Shown: positions 44,006 through 54,369 of the stretch, piece by piece | How positions within the stretch are numbered: position 1 is the stretch's first letter | Layout of the letters: the number at the start of each line of letters is the position of its first letter | The notes under the pieces: model-generated | The model's database searches: none | What the model saw: only the letters and a program-made list of their open reading frames with translations | What the model was told of the DNA's origin: nothing | Position numbers and translations under genes: made by a program | Assembly (NCBI GenBank): GCA_963727825.1 | Contig: CAVSHO010000009.1 | Span: forward strand, 832,001 to 896,000 | Origin: Ignavibacteriota bacterium | Lineage (GTDB): Bacteria > Bacteroidota > Ignavibacteria > UBA10030 | DNA: 64,000 nt | Direction: 5' to 3'

Positions 44006-44881
44006 CTATAAAAATGAACGAAAGAGAAGTCCCATCTTGTCCAACTTCGATAATGTCGGTCGTTTCGTCAATACGTCATAATTCTGCTCATGAATCTTTT
44101 GTAAGATCCTTGTGCCGCCATTCCAGGTAAGTTTCAATTCCATCGACAGATCTTTGCCAACCATAGTTAAAAGTGGTTTTCCTTCTGCAAAAAGTTCCGC
44201 AGTGCGCCGTACTTGAAACGCCATCAAATTGCAAAAGCAATTATTAACTTTTTGATTAATCAAATCCTGCTCAGAATAACCGAATTCCTCAAATTCTTCT
44301 AAAGGAAGATAAATGCGACCTTTCTGCAAATCCACCGAGACATCCTGCCAAAAGTTTGTTAATTGCAATGCTGTACAAATTGAATCCGAAAATTGCATCA
44401 TCGTTTCGCTGCGATAATTAAGCAGCAGTAAGACCAATCTTCCGATTGGATTGGCTGAGTTGCGGCAGTAAGCAAGCACATCTTCGTACGTTTCGTAACG
44501 TTTAACTGTTATATCCGTTCGGAATGCCGTAAGAAGATTCTGGAAAAGTTCAATTGGAATTTGGAATCGTTCGACTGTTTCAGCAAGTGCGGCAAACACG
44601 CGATGCGTAGGATTGCCGTTATAGCATTCATCAAGGTACTGTTCCCATTGATTCAGGTTATCCATTCGTTCGGCAAGTGTAAAACCCGGCTCATCAGCAT
44701 AATCATCTGCTATACGAGCAAAGGCATAAATTGTCCAGACATATTTTCGTATTTCTTTTGAAATAAAACGGGAAGCAATAGGAAAATTTTCGTAATGACT
44801 GTGAGCAATTGTTTCGCATACGCGGAATCCATCTTCCGACGACCAGTATTTGCCCTTTGTATAAAGTTTTGGATTGTTCAT
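44006..44881 (-). CDS. hpnC: Hydroxysqualene synthase HpnC
   Basis: HYENFPIAS, ARIADDYAD, YCRNSANPIGR, LQLTNFWQD. Confidence 0.92.
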   Translation of the reverse strand: MNNPKLYTKGKYWSSEDGFRVCETIAHSHYENFPIASRFISKEIRKYVWTIYAFARIADDYADEPGFTLAERMDNLNQWEQYLDECYNGNPTHRVFAALAETVERFQIPIELFQNLLTAFRTDITVKRYETYEDVLAYCRNSANPIGRLVLLLLNYRSETMMQFSDSICTALQLTNFWQDVSVDLQKGRIYLPLEEFEEFGYSEQDLINQKVNNCFCNLMAFQVRRTAELFAEGKPLLTMVGKDLSMELKLTWNGGTRILQKIHEQNYDVLTKRPTLSKLDKMGLLFRSFL

Positions 44882-44956
44882 TTTTAGGATATTAACGAAA
44901 CGCGCGCGGTGTCCTCTTCTTCCATTAATTCAATATGAAGAATGGTAGCGGGAAAA

Positions 44957-46913
44957 TCAAGCGATTGGGGCAATTCCTTCATCCACTGGAACTGTGTATA
45001 CTTCAATTGGCGTGTTAAGTCCTTTAACGAGAACAGGTTCATGCGGAAGAGTAGGAATTTCGTCTTTGATCAAATCATAGGTCCGTCGGGATATCATAAT
45101 ACCTTCTACCGGAGCATTTGATTCAAGACGGTTAGCAAGATTTACATTCGAACCGAGAACGGTGTAAGCAAGTTTCTTCGGCGTACCCATATTTCCCACT
45201 ACAACTTCACCCGTATTAACGCCAATACGAATTTTTAAAGGGAACAATCCTTCCTTAACCCATTTTTCTTTGAGCTCACGACATTTCTTTTGCATCTCGA
45301 TAGCAGCATTCACACACCGGACGGCATGATCCGGTTGTGGTTCGGGTGCGCCAAAGAAAACCATCAGTCCATCGCCAATGTACTTATCGACTGTTCCTTC
45401 ATACTTGAAGACAATCTGAACCATCGCATCAAAATACTCAGCAAGGAAACTCTGAATTTGATCAGGCGACATCGTTGAAGAATATGTTGTGAAACTCTTG
45501 ATATCTGTGAACATAATTGTCAGTTCTTTTTTTTGAACTTCGAAAATTGACTCAGGATGCGCAAGCTGGCGCTTGACAACAGAAGATGGCAGATACGATT
45601 CAAATGATCTTCGCGTCGCTTCCTTTTCACGTTCTTCATTAATAAAACGGAATACCAGTACACCAAATACAGCCACAACAATGATCATAGCCGGCCGCAC
45701 TATATTGAAAATGAGATTGCCATATATAAATGATAAGGAAGCAACAAAAATATATCCGATAAGTAGAAGCAAAGCACCAACCCAAAGTCCTTGTGAAGAC
45801 AGTTTCAGGGCAAAGAGAGCGACAAAAGCAAGGAGCAATATCTCAACAACCGTCATCTCCAATTCATTCAATTCTCGAAGAAAGTTTTCAGTCAGAATTG
45901 TATGTAAGACATTTGCATGAAGGCCGCTCAGTGGATAATTGTTGTCGGTTGGGACCGGGTGAATATCTGTCGCGCCGGTTGATGCATCTGCCACAACAAC
46001 TAATTTTCCCTGGAACTCCGGTTTCATAGTATATTCCATTGCATCGTGGTCGTCGGATGCACGGTAAATAGTTGCAAGATCATAGTTCACGATTCGTTCC
46101 CAAGGACCGACAAAATTAACAATTATATTGCAGCGGTTATCAATAGGAATGACGATGTTATGCGGCGGGCTGTTTGGACGGTGTGCGCCTTTGAGCGTCA
46201 GATACTTGCCGGGGTGCACGATGATGTTTTTGGGAGATACTTGCAAGAAATCACAAATGGCACTAAAGGCAAAACTTGGAACGAATCCGTCTTCATATCG
46301 TAGCAACAACGGTGCGCGACGGAAAACACCATCCTGATCAAATTGCAATGCGAGTGATCCAAGCCCACGCGCAGAAGATGCAAGCGCTGGAAAGGTAATG
46401 TTTGGGTTTGCTGCAACATACATCGTGCTGATGTCGCCGTCAACCTGGACATCCCATTTTGTTTGATATAAGTAGTCCCATGTAGAGGCAGGTCGAGGCG
46501 GACGCAGCTTTGGTGGTTTATCTTTTAACGCAAAGCCCATGCCAAAATAGACATTCCCTGCCGATCTGTTGCACGCCATAAAGATTGAATCGTCTTCTGT
46601 ATTTATCGGTGCTGCAAAAATAAAGTCCCAGATTTGTACAGCAACACCTAAGTTTCCTAGATTTTGTACTACTTGACCATACTGACGACGGGATAAATAA
46701 GGACTCGCGAGTGTTTGAAGAGGTACTGTCGGTTTGGTTCACAACAATTACCGTGCTGTCGTAAGGGATTCGGGATGGGAAATATTTATACCGGAGAACG
46801 TACAGCTTGTCAACTGACTCTGCGTTCCATGTATCGAACAGTTCTGGAAGTAAATAGAATAGCAGATGTACGAAGAGAAAAGAGGACACGATGATGATCA
46901 TCGTGTCCCTCAA
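44957..46913 (-). CDS. CHASE2-domain class III adenylate cyclase, split by a +1 insertion at about 46721
   Basis: N-terminal TM; WDFIF, DQDGVFRR, SGLHANVL (CHASE2); three TM; FTDIKSFT, DKYIGDG, VNLANRLES. Confidence 0.9.
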
Positions 46914-46923
46914 TGTTCGTTTT

Positions 46924-47619
46924 TTACTGGTGGTCAATAGTAATGGTTTTGCTATAGAAGTTATTGGCGCTGATCTGCGTGGCAATGGTTGCTACATCGG
47001 GACGGCGTGCACCCTCCACCTTCTCTGTTCCGCGTATGTTGCCTCCTATGGTTAGCGGTTTTTCGGCAATTGTTGCATAGGTTGTGTAACGTTTCCTCAC
47101 ACTGCGAATTAGAGATACGATATCAGTGGCTATTGGCTGCCTCTTAGAAGTATCGGCAGAAAAATAATTGCCAAGTTTTACTTCCAGATCAAGCAAACGC
47201 TCGCTGGAGGCAATGAGAAAGAAAACTTCCTTACCAGTATTTTTATCAAATTCCCTCCAACTGCGGCCTTTAGGAATGTAGTAATTTTTATCGACTGTGT
47301 AGTCGGCTTGGAACTGACGTATCTCATAAGGGAAGAGCAAATTTATTTCACCCCTTGAATCCTGGTGAATAACATAAACAAAACAGTCCTTTGTCAGTTT
47401 CACCAGCATTTTTATTTCCTCTCCGCTCTTCAAAGTTGTATCATGCATAATGGAAACCATTGACTTGCTTTTACCCGCAAGTGCGCCAAATGCCCAATTA
47501 AATCCAATGTTGGCTTCATTTTGTTGAACCAGTAAAACGGCCGGCGCCGGTTGTTTACCGGATCGAAATCCGACTGCGAAACAACCCAATAAAACTACAA
47601 AAAGAATGAAGTAACGCAT
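46924..47619 (-). CDS. Exported DUF4384-like protein
   Basis: Signal peptide; LKSGEEIK...CFVYVIHQDSRGEINLLFP...GKEVFFLIAS. Confidence 0.75.
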   Translation of the reverse strand: MRYFILFVVLLGCFAVGFRSGKQPAPAVLLVQQNEANIGFNWAFGALAGKSKSMVSIMHDTTLKSGEEIKMLVKLTKDCFVYVIHQDSRGEINLLFPYEIRQFQADYTVDKNYYIPKGRSWREFDKNTGKEVFFLIASSERLLDLEVKLGNYFSADTSKRQPIATDIVSLIRSVRKRYTTYATIAEKPLTIGGNIRGTEKVEGARRPDVATIATQISANNFYSKTITIDHQ

Positions 47620-47643
47620 ACTTGATATCCTTTCTTCATTTAT

Positions 47644-50067
47644 TCAATGAGGGACAGTTGCAATAGTCATTTCTTTATCGTATTCCGTCTGACTCCGCGT
47701 TGGATTTTGAGCACCGTGTGTCTTGCGTTTGACCTGCTCTTCCACGTACCGCATTAATTCATTGATTGTCACAGTGTAGTCGTTATCATAATCCGCTTTG
47801 CCTTCCAAACCTTCCAGTAAATAATAAGTGAATACGCCATGACCCATGTCTGGGAATTCCTGTGACACTTCACCTGCAGCGCTCGCAGTGAACACTACAA
47901 TACCTTCTTTCGTTTTCGATAGGTCTGCGAGATATTGATTTACCAAATTGGGTTCCGAGCTTCCCAAGCCGCGCGTGGCAAAGTTGACGCTGATGCCGCC
48001 GCTGTGGCAAGCATCGGTAAACACAACAACACGCTTAGCGCTGATGTACCGCGCTAACACCGTTTGAATATCCCACATAGGAAAGGCTGTCATTCCCAAT
48101 GCCATCGGATCGCTGTCATAGGTTAACAAGTACATATTCTGAGGACGCGCTGGCTCTGGTGCACCATGACCGGCGAAATATATAATTACAAGATCTATAT
48201 CGATTGCCTGGTTAAGAAAATTGATCAAACTCTCTCTTATATTCGCAAGAGTGGCATCTTTGTTTAACAACACACGTATGTGGTCAGAATCGTAGCCTCC
48301 GCCTTCCGGCCTGCGCAAAAAGTTTGCGAGCGCTTCCGCATCCTTATCGGCATATTTTAAACTTGGAATTCCAGGATTCTTGTATTCCGAAACACCAACC
48401 ACTACTGCCCATGATTGCGGACCGGAACCAGCAACACGTTCTTTCTTGACGCCAGAGTTAAGAGATGGCGTACTTCCGAGAATTGATACTTTTCTATTAA
48501 TGCCGATCGTTTTGGAAAATTTTTCACCACTTTTACTTGTAATAGAAAGTTGAATCTGATTATAGCCCGCAACCAGCGGTACTTCATCTGCAATTACGTC
48601 GCCTGCTACTTTGAATTCCGGCACTTGACCATTTACAATATCAACCATATTTACGGAAATCGAATATGAAGCAACATCAAACCATGTTCTGAATTTTACA
48701 GGAGTAGACATCGATTCCGTTTCTGAATTGACGAGCGGATATTCCACCTCCACTGCCTGATCATTTGAAAGGCGCTGAACAAATCCACTTTGGCTGACGG
48801 AGTGTTTTGCATTGTCTTCAACTTTAATTTCAAACGGAATCAGACCAACCGAATCCAATTTCAATACTGTGCTAAAGCGCTTGATGGCTTTCATTCCTGC
48901 CGGAACCTTGACAATATCTTTTGCGGTGAGCTCCGACAGTATAAGTGGCTTTCCATTGAATGTTGCTTCTTTCAACCCGGAATCATCAAATACAACGCCA
49001 CGGATTTCATATTTTCCGCCAAATACTTTGGCTATAGTTGTACTATCGGCGGTATTTTCCAGAATAATTCCAGGATTTGTCGTATCAGGCGGGGCTAAGA
49101 CAATTTTCCAACTTTTCAGTTTGCCCTTACTTGTGCTAGTAAGAAGTGTTTCATCATTCAAGAAAGCTGCATAAGTGGTACGGCCATCGCGCTCAATCAT
49201 TGTCTTGACGGTAGATAACGTTATAAGATCATAGAACCTAAGGGAACTGTCAGCAGCTGCAGAAACAAGCCAACGCGATTTCGGATCAAATGACACAGAG
49301 GCAATCATGCCTCTTTGATTGTACCTTAATTTTAAGTCACCTGTTTGTGCATCCCATAGGTATACACTTCCATCAACCGCGCCGGCGGCAAGAAATTTTC
49401 CATCAGCACTATAAGTAATTGTTGAAATTTTATCTTTGCTGTCGATGAAAGTTTTTTGAAGCTCTAATTTTGCAATAGCATAAATTTGAATCTTGCCCGT
49501 AGACAAGCCAACTGCAAAATACTTTGCGCTTGGATGAACAGCCATCGTTGTTACATTTTCTTGAAAATCTGGTAACGATCCTAGCTCATTACCGTTAACA
49601 ATTTCTGTAATGATTACCTTTTTGTCGAGACCGGAAGAAAATATCCAATTCTCCCCCTGGAACGCTATTGATGTAATTTCAAGTGAATGAAGGGATAGTT
49701 TTTTTAGATCGTTTGGAGCATTTATGTTGAATAAGTACGCATTTCCATCTACAGCCCCGAGTGCCAGTGTTTGTCCTGAGGCGGAAAACGATAATGAATT
49801 CACGTATACCGGTATGGAGACAAATATCGGTTTTTCTCTCAATGCTGGGATATCATAGAGTTTAACTTTGCCCTCCGAAGTAAGAATTCCGAGCAAGTTT
49901 GCCTTCAATGAAACCGCACAGAAATCAATAGAATTTTTTACGGCATCTACGGATTGAAGCTGCTCTATATACAATTCCTGTTGCGAGTAGGAAATGGATG
50001 TGGCTATAATTACTGCTAACAACACGCAGAGAACAAGTCTTCGTTCCATGATAAACTCCATCTTCAT
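47644..50067 (-). CDS. Secreted WD40-repeat protein with C-terminal caspase-like (peptidase C14) domain
   Basis: Signal peptide; WD40 repeats; Ig-like middle region; WAVVVGVSEY, YFAGHG, DACHSG, HGVFTYYLLEGL. Confidence 0.92.
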   Translation of the reverse strand: MKMEFIMERRLVLCVLLAVIIATSISYSQQELYIEQLQSVDAVKNSIDFCAVSLKANLLGILTSEGKVKLYDIPALREKPIFVSIPVYVNSLSFSASGQTLALGAVDGNAYLFNINAPNDLKKLSLHSLEITSIAFQGENWIFSSGLDKKVIITEIVNGNELGSLPDFQENVTTMAVHPSAKYFAVGLSTGKIQIYAIAKLELQKTFIDSKDKISTITYSADGKFLAAGAVDGSVYLWDAQTGDLKLRYNQRGMIASVSFDPKSRWLVSAAADSSLRFYDLITLSTVKTMIERDGRTTYAAFLNDETLLTSTSKGKLKSWKIVLAPPDTTNPGIILENTADSTTIAKVFGGKYEIRGVVFDDSGLKEATFNGKPLILSELTAKDIVKVPAGMKAIKRFSTVLKLDSVGLIPFEIKVEDNAKHSVSQSGFVQRLSNDQAVEVEYPLVNSETESMSTPVKFRTWFDVASYSISVNMVDIVNGQVPEFKVAGDVIADEVPLVAGYNQIQLSITSKSGEKFSKTIGINRKVSILGSTPSLNSGVKKERVAGSGPQSWAVVVGVSEYKNPGIPSLKYADKDAEALANFLRRPEGGGYDSDHIRVLLNKDATLANIRESLINFLNQAIDIDLVIIYFAGHGAPEPARPQNMYLLTYDSDPMALGMTAFPMWDIQTVLARYISAKRVVVFTDACHSGGISVNFATRGLGSSEPNLVNQYLADLSKTKEGIVVFTASAAGEVSQEFPDMGHGVFTYYLLEGLEGKADYDNDYTVTINELMRYVEEQVKRKTHGAQNPTRSQTEYDKEMTIATVPH

Positions 50068-50334
50068 TTACGACACGCAAAATAATGGTTAGCACACAAA
50101 CATCATGTGTTGCGTGTCAAAAGCTAAGAGATACAACTATTAACCGACTAGAAAATCAAAATGTAATTTCAATAAATGAATTCTTGCATGCAACGGAAAT
50201 ATTATAGGATTTTTCTGATAGATTGCCTTATTTTTCTAAACGAATGGTCGATATTTTTCGAGTGAATGTCAAGCAACGTTCGTTTCCCCATGAATCCTGT
50301 CTTTTTGAAATTATTTACAATTGTCGTGATCATA

Positions 50335-50592
50335 ACTTCATAAAAAGATTGAGCAAACGTGCGCGAATGCTTTTATCAAGAAGAGTTACCTCTGGATTGG
50401 ATTCAAGTCCATAGATGATATCGTCGATTGATGAAATTGGAGTTTTTACTTTTAAATTATGACGAAGAAAATCCCGCAAGCGGTTGAGAAATAGAAGCAG
50501 TTAATCTGCATGTGCTAGGATTTCAGAATCATCTGCGTTCGATATTATTGTTCTAAATGTTGAAGCTTGATGAACAAATTTGCTTGCCAGCA
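50335..50592 (-). pseudogene. Small disrupted ORF downstream of the rarA 3' duplicate
   Basis: VLASKFVHQ...AHAD*LLLFLNRLRDFLR...LFMKL* with one in-frame stop; no family recognised. Confidence 0.3.
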
Positions 50593-51244
50593 CTTCTCTA
50601 TCTCTGTTTTTTCCACAAAGATTTAAATGTGCTTTCATTTTAATTTGGTAGATTCGTATTTGTATTGAGTGGTTTTATGCCAGGATTTTGCGTAAGAAGT
50701 TCTTTTTTATCCAGCAATAAAAGTTCCCAATACTCCACATCTATCCAGTGATTCAACTTGTATCCGACTTTCCTGAGGTGGCCCACCTTTTCAAATCCGA
50801 AAGATCTATGTAGCTGTACACTGGGTACGTTTGGCACGGCAATAATACTCACTAGCGCGGCATATCCCAGTTTTTTCATATCATCAATCAGTTGTGTAAA
50901 TAACACTTTACCGGATCCACTGCGCGTATACTTGTGATCAATAAAAATCGTAATCTCGCTGGTGTATTTATATGCAGAACGTTCGACAAACTCCGATGCG
51001 TACGCATATCCGATAACATTGCCATCAATTTCGGAAACATACCACGGATAAAACGGCGTGTATTTTCGTATACGCTGAAGGACATTCTCTTCGCTAAGCA
51101 TGTCGGTCTCAAATGTCATGACCGTGTTGGCTATGTAATAATTGTAGATATCGCGTATTCTGGCGGCATCCGATGATGTTACTTTTCGGATGTGTATATG
51201 CATATTTAGTTCTCCTGTAAGAGCTTCTCTATCTCTGTTTTTTC
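50593..51244. repeat. 21-bp direct repeat (rarA 3' end) flanking the GNAT gene
   Basis: CTTCTCTATCTCTGTTTTTTC at 50593-50613 and 51224-51244. Confidence 0.85.
50640..51203 (-). CDS. GNAT N-acetyltransferase (phosphinothricin/methionine-sulfoximine acetyltransferase-like)
   Basis: IYNYYIANTVMTFE, GYAYAS, PNVPSVQLH..FGF, VGYKLNHWID. Confidence 0.9.
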   Translation of the reverse strand: MHIHIRKVTSSDAARIRDIYNYYIANTVMTFETDMLSEENVLQRIRKYTPFYPWYVSEIDGNVIGYAYASEFVERSAYKYTSEITIFIDHKYTRSGSGKVLFTQLIDDMKKLGYAALVSIIAVPNVPSVQLHRSFGFEKVGHLRKVGYKLNHWIDVEYWELLLLDKKELLTQNPGIKPLNTNTNLPN

Positions 51245-52554
51245 TTCCACCATCTATTCAAACGTTCGCGAATGTCTTTCTCTCTGCCAATATCGGTTGG
51301 TTTGTAATAGAGTTTGTCCTTCAAATTATCTGGAAGAAATTGCTGCTCGACGAAGTGGCCTGTAAAATCGTGGCTGTACTTATATTCTTTTCCATAACCG
51401 AGATCATCCATCAATTTCGTTGGCGCGTTACGGATGTGAAGAGGCACTGGAAGATTGGGAAGATTCCGCACATCGGCTAATGCTTGATCAATGGCGAGAT
51501 ATGATGCGTTGCTCTTTTGTGCCGAAGCAAGATATGCTGTCGTTTGTGCCAGAACAATCCGTGCTTCCGGCATGCCGATATAATCTATAGCTGTAAAACA
51601 AGATGTTGCCAGCGTGATAGCGTAAGGATCGGCGTTGCCAATATCTTCTGATGCAAGCACAATCATTCGGCGAGCAATAAATTTTGGATCTTCGCCCCCA
51701 TCGAGCATTCGCGCCATCCAATATATTGCTGCATCTGGGTCGCTGCCGCGCACACTTTTAATAAATGCCGAGATAATATCATAGTGCTGTTCACCTTCCT
51801 TATCGTAGAGTGTAAATTTTCGCTGGAACGCCTCTTCAATTTTTTGTTTTGTGATGGTAACAGAACCATCGGCGTTTGGTTTTGTCAAACGAATTGAGTT
51901 TTCCAATCCATTTAACAATTTACGTGCATCGCCCCCGGAAAGAAGCATAAGAAATTCGCGATCGGTAATTTCAATTTTTCGTTTTGACAGCACCAGGTCA
52001 TTTTTCAATGCTTGATCGAGAATTTTGTTCAGAGCATCCCTGCCGAGCGATTCCAACACATATACTTGACAGCGGGAAAGCAGCGGAGATATCACTTCAA
52101 ATGATGGATTCTCGGTTGTCGCGCCAATGAGTGTTATAGTTCCATCTTCTACGGAATGTAGCAGTGCATCTTGTTGTGCTTTATTGAAGCGGTGAATCTC
52201 GTCGATAAAAAGAATGGTACGTTTATCGAGACGGCTTAAATTTTTCTCAGCGTGAGATATGATTTCACGGACATCTTTAACACCGGCTGCGACAGCATTG
52301 AGTTGATGAAAATCAGCTTCTATATAAGTGGCAATAAGTCGCGCTAGCGTCGTTTTGCCGACTCCCGGCGGTCCCCAAAAAATCATTGAGTTGATTTCGC
52401 CATGTTCTAGCATTAATTGAAGCGGTTTGCCTGCTTGAGTTAAATGATCTTGCCCAACATATTCTTCCAGCGTTTTTGGACGAATACGTTCCGCTAAAGG
52501 TGCTGTTGGTGAATGCACATTACGAGATTCTTCTTTAGAGAATAAATCAGACAT
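51229..52554 (-). CDS. rarA: Replication-associated recombination protein A (MgsA)
   Basis: PLAERIRP, GPPGVGKT, DEIHRFNKAQQD, SAFIKSVRGSD. Confidence 0.97.
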   Translation of the reverse strand: MSDLFSKEESRNVHSPTAPLAERIRPKTLEEYVGQDHLTQAGKPLQLMLEHGEINSMIFWGPPGVGKTTLARLIATYIEADFHQLNAVAAGVKDVREIISHAEKNLSRLDKRTILFIDEIHRFNKAQQDALLHSVEDGTITLIGATTENPSFEVISPLLSRCQVYVLESLGRDALNKILDQALKNDLVLSKRKIEITDREFLMLLSGGDARKLLNGLENSIRLTKPNADGSVTITKQKIEEAFQRKFTLYDKEGEQHYDIISAFIKSVRGSDPDAAIYWMARMLDGGEDPKFIARRMIVLASEDIGNADPYAITLATSCFTAIDYIGMPEARIVLAQTTAYLASAQKSNASYLAIDQALADVRNLPNLPVPLHIRNAPTKLMDDLGYGKEYKYSHDFTGHFVEQQFLPDNLKDKLYYKPTDIGREKDIRERLNRWWKKKQR

Positions 52555-52650
52555 AGAAGTATTTTGGAATGCGAATTGTGAAATGTAAATTGGTTTTGAA
52601 TCGAAACAATTTAATCATTATCTAAACCACCGACTACCGATTGCTGTTAT

Positions 52651-52995
52651 CTATTTATCTTTCTTTACCTGATATACAGTTTCACCCTCGCGCGCCATTC
52701 CATACTTTTCGCGGGCGGTTTTTTCTATTGTCTTCTTGTCGCCTTCTAACGCCTTAATTTGTTCCTGCAATCGTCCAGTCTCTATACTGTCGGATTTTAC
52801 TTTCTCAATCCATTCACGGTGTTGTGCTTCAAGACGGATTCGAGCAATAATGCCCTTATTGTTGAAAAGGAGAAAGAGAAAGAACAGGAATAAAATGATA
52901 AGGATAATAGTACGTAGCTTATTCTTTGCAGCATTTTTTGCAATTTTTTTTAGGAATCGTTCGGGGTGGAGATTTCTATAAAATTGATCTTCCAT
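52651..52995 (-). CDS. ftsB: Septum formation initiator (FtsB/DivIC)
   Basis: TM plus coiled coil plus IEKTAREKYGMAREGETVY. Confidence 0.85.
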   Translation of the reverse strand: MEDQFYRNLHPERFLKKIAKNAAKNKLRTIILIILFLFFLFLLFNNKGIIARIRLEAQHREWIEKVKSDSIETGRLQEQIKALEGDKKTIEKTAREKYGMAREGETVYQVKKDK

Positions 52996-53006
52996 CAAAT
53001 CAATGC

Positions 53007-54129
53007 TTATTTGTACCAATCATTTTTAGGCTGGTATGTCGTCTTGAGTTTTGTCTTTGCTTCGTGACGCTCAATAGCAAGTTGAATTAATTTATCCAAT
53101 AACGCAGGATATGATAATCCCGACGCCTGCCAGAGTTTTGGGTACATGCTAATGGAAGTAAAGCCAGGAATAGTGTTGATCTCATTCAAAAAGATCTTAT
53201 TTGTTTTTTTGTTAACCAGAAAATCAACGCGTGCCATACCAGCACAATCCAAAACACGAAATGCTGTAAGCGCATAATGCTTAATCTTTTTAACAACAGT
53301 GCTCGGTAACTTTGCCGGAATAACAGAATTAGATTTTTCATCCACATACTTTGCATCATAATCATAGAATTCATTTGAAGAAATAATTTCGCCTGGCATA
53401 GAAGCGACAGGTTGGTCATTGCCAAGAATACCGCATTCAATTTCGCGTGAATTCGTGATTCCTTGTTCCACTAAAATCTTTCTGTCAAATTGTGCGGCAG
53501 TATCAATAAATACAATGTAGTTCTTTACGATTATGCGCTTTGTTAATACCGATACTCGAGCCGGAGTTCGACGGTTTAACAAAAAGCGGATACTTCAACT
53601 TTTGTTCAATTTCTGCAATTATTTTTTTATGTTGCAATTTGTACTCTTCAAAAGTAAACCAAATGCTTGGCGCAGTCGGAATTTTTGCCTGAATTAGCAA
53701 TTGTTTCTGAGTCACCTTATCCATTCCAACAGCAGAGCCAAGTACACCTGGACCAACATACGGAAGATCTGCAAGTTCTAACAATCCCTGCAGTGTTCCA
53801 TCCTCGCCGTATCTGCCGTGAACTACCGGAAAGATGACATCTATTGCTTTTCCAACGTTGCCGCTATCGTTTATAGCTACAAGAGATTGTTTGCGCGGAT
53901 CTGGAACAAGTAATTGTTCCTGTTCAAGTTCAATCGGTTGTTTTTCTTTCAGTAAGCGGAGCGTTTCGTTGGAACTGAGCCATTTACCTGTTGGCGCGAT
54001 ACCGATAGGAACGACTTCATACTTTTCTTTATCAAGAGCATTGATTACGGAAGCAGCAGAGACGAGCGAAACTTCATGCTCTACTGATCGCCCGCCGAAA
54101 ATTACACCGATACGAATTCGTTTAGTCAT
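53007..54129 (-). CDS. ddl: D-alanine-D-alanine ligase, split by a +1 insertion at about 53517
   Basis: [42 protein letters not shown]. Confidence 0.95.
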
Positions 54130-54369
54130 TAGTATTTTGTAACCTGCAATTCGGAATGGATTGTATTCATGTTCTTCATGGAATATGATATGGAAAAGAG
54201 TGGAGAGGTGCAACGAACTAGATATCTATACTCATATAGGCTTTTATATTGCGTTTCGATAGAAAAGTAAGTAGGTTTTCTGCAATTAAATTGTCGTTCA
54301 CAAATCAAAAATAGAAGTATAATCAATCTGTTGAATCAATAACTGTTTCTACTATCGGAGAACGATTTA

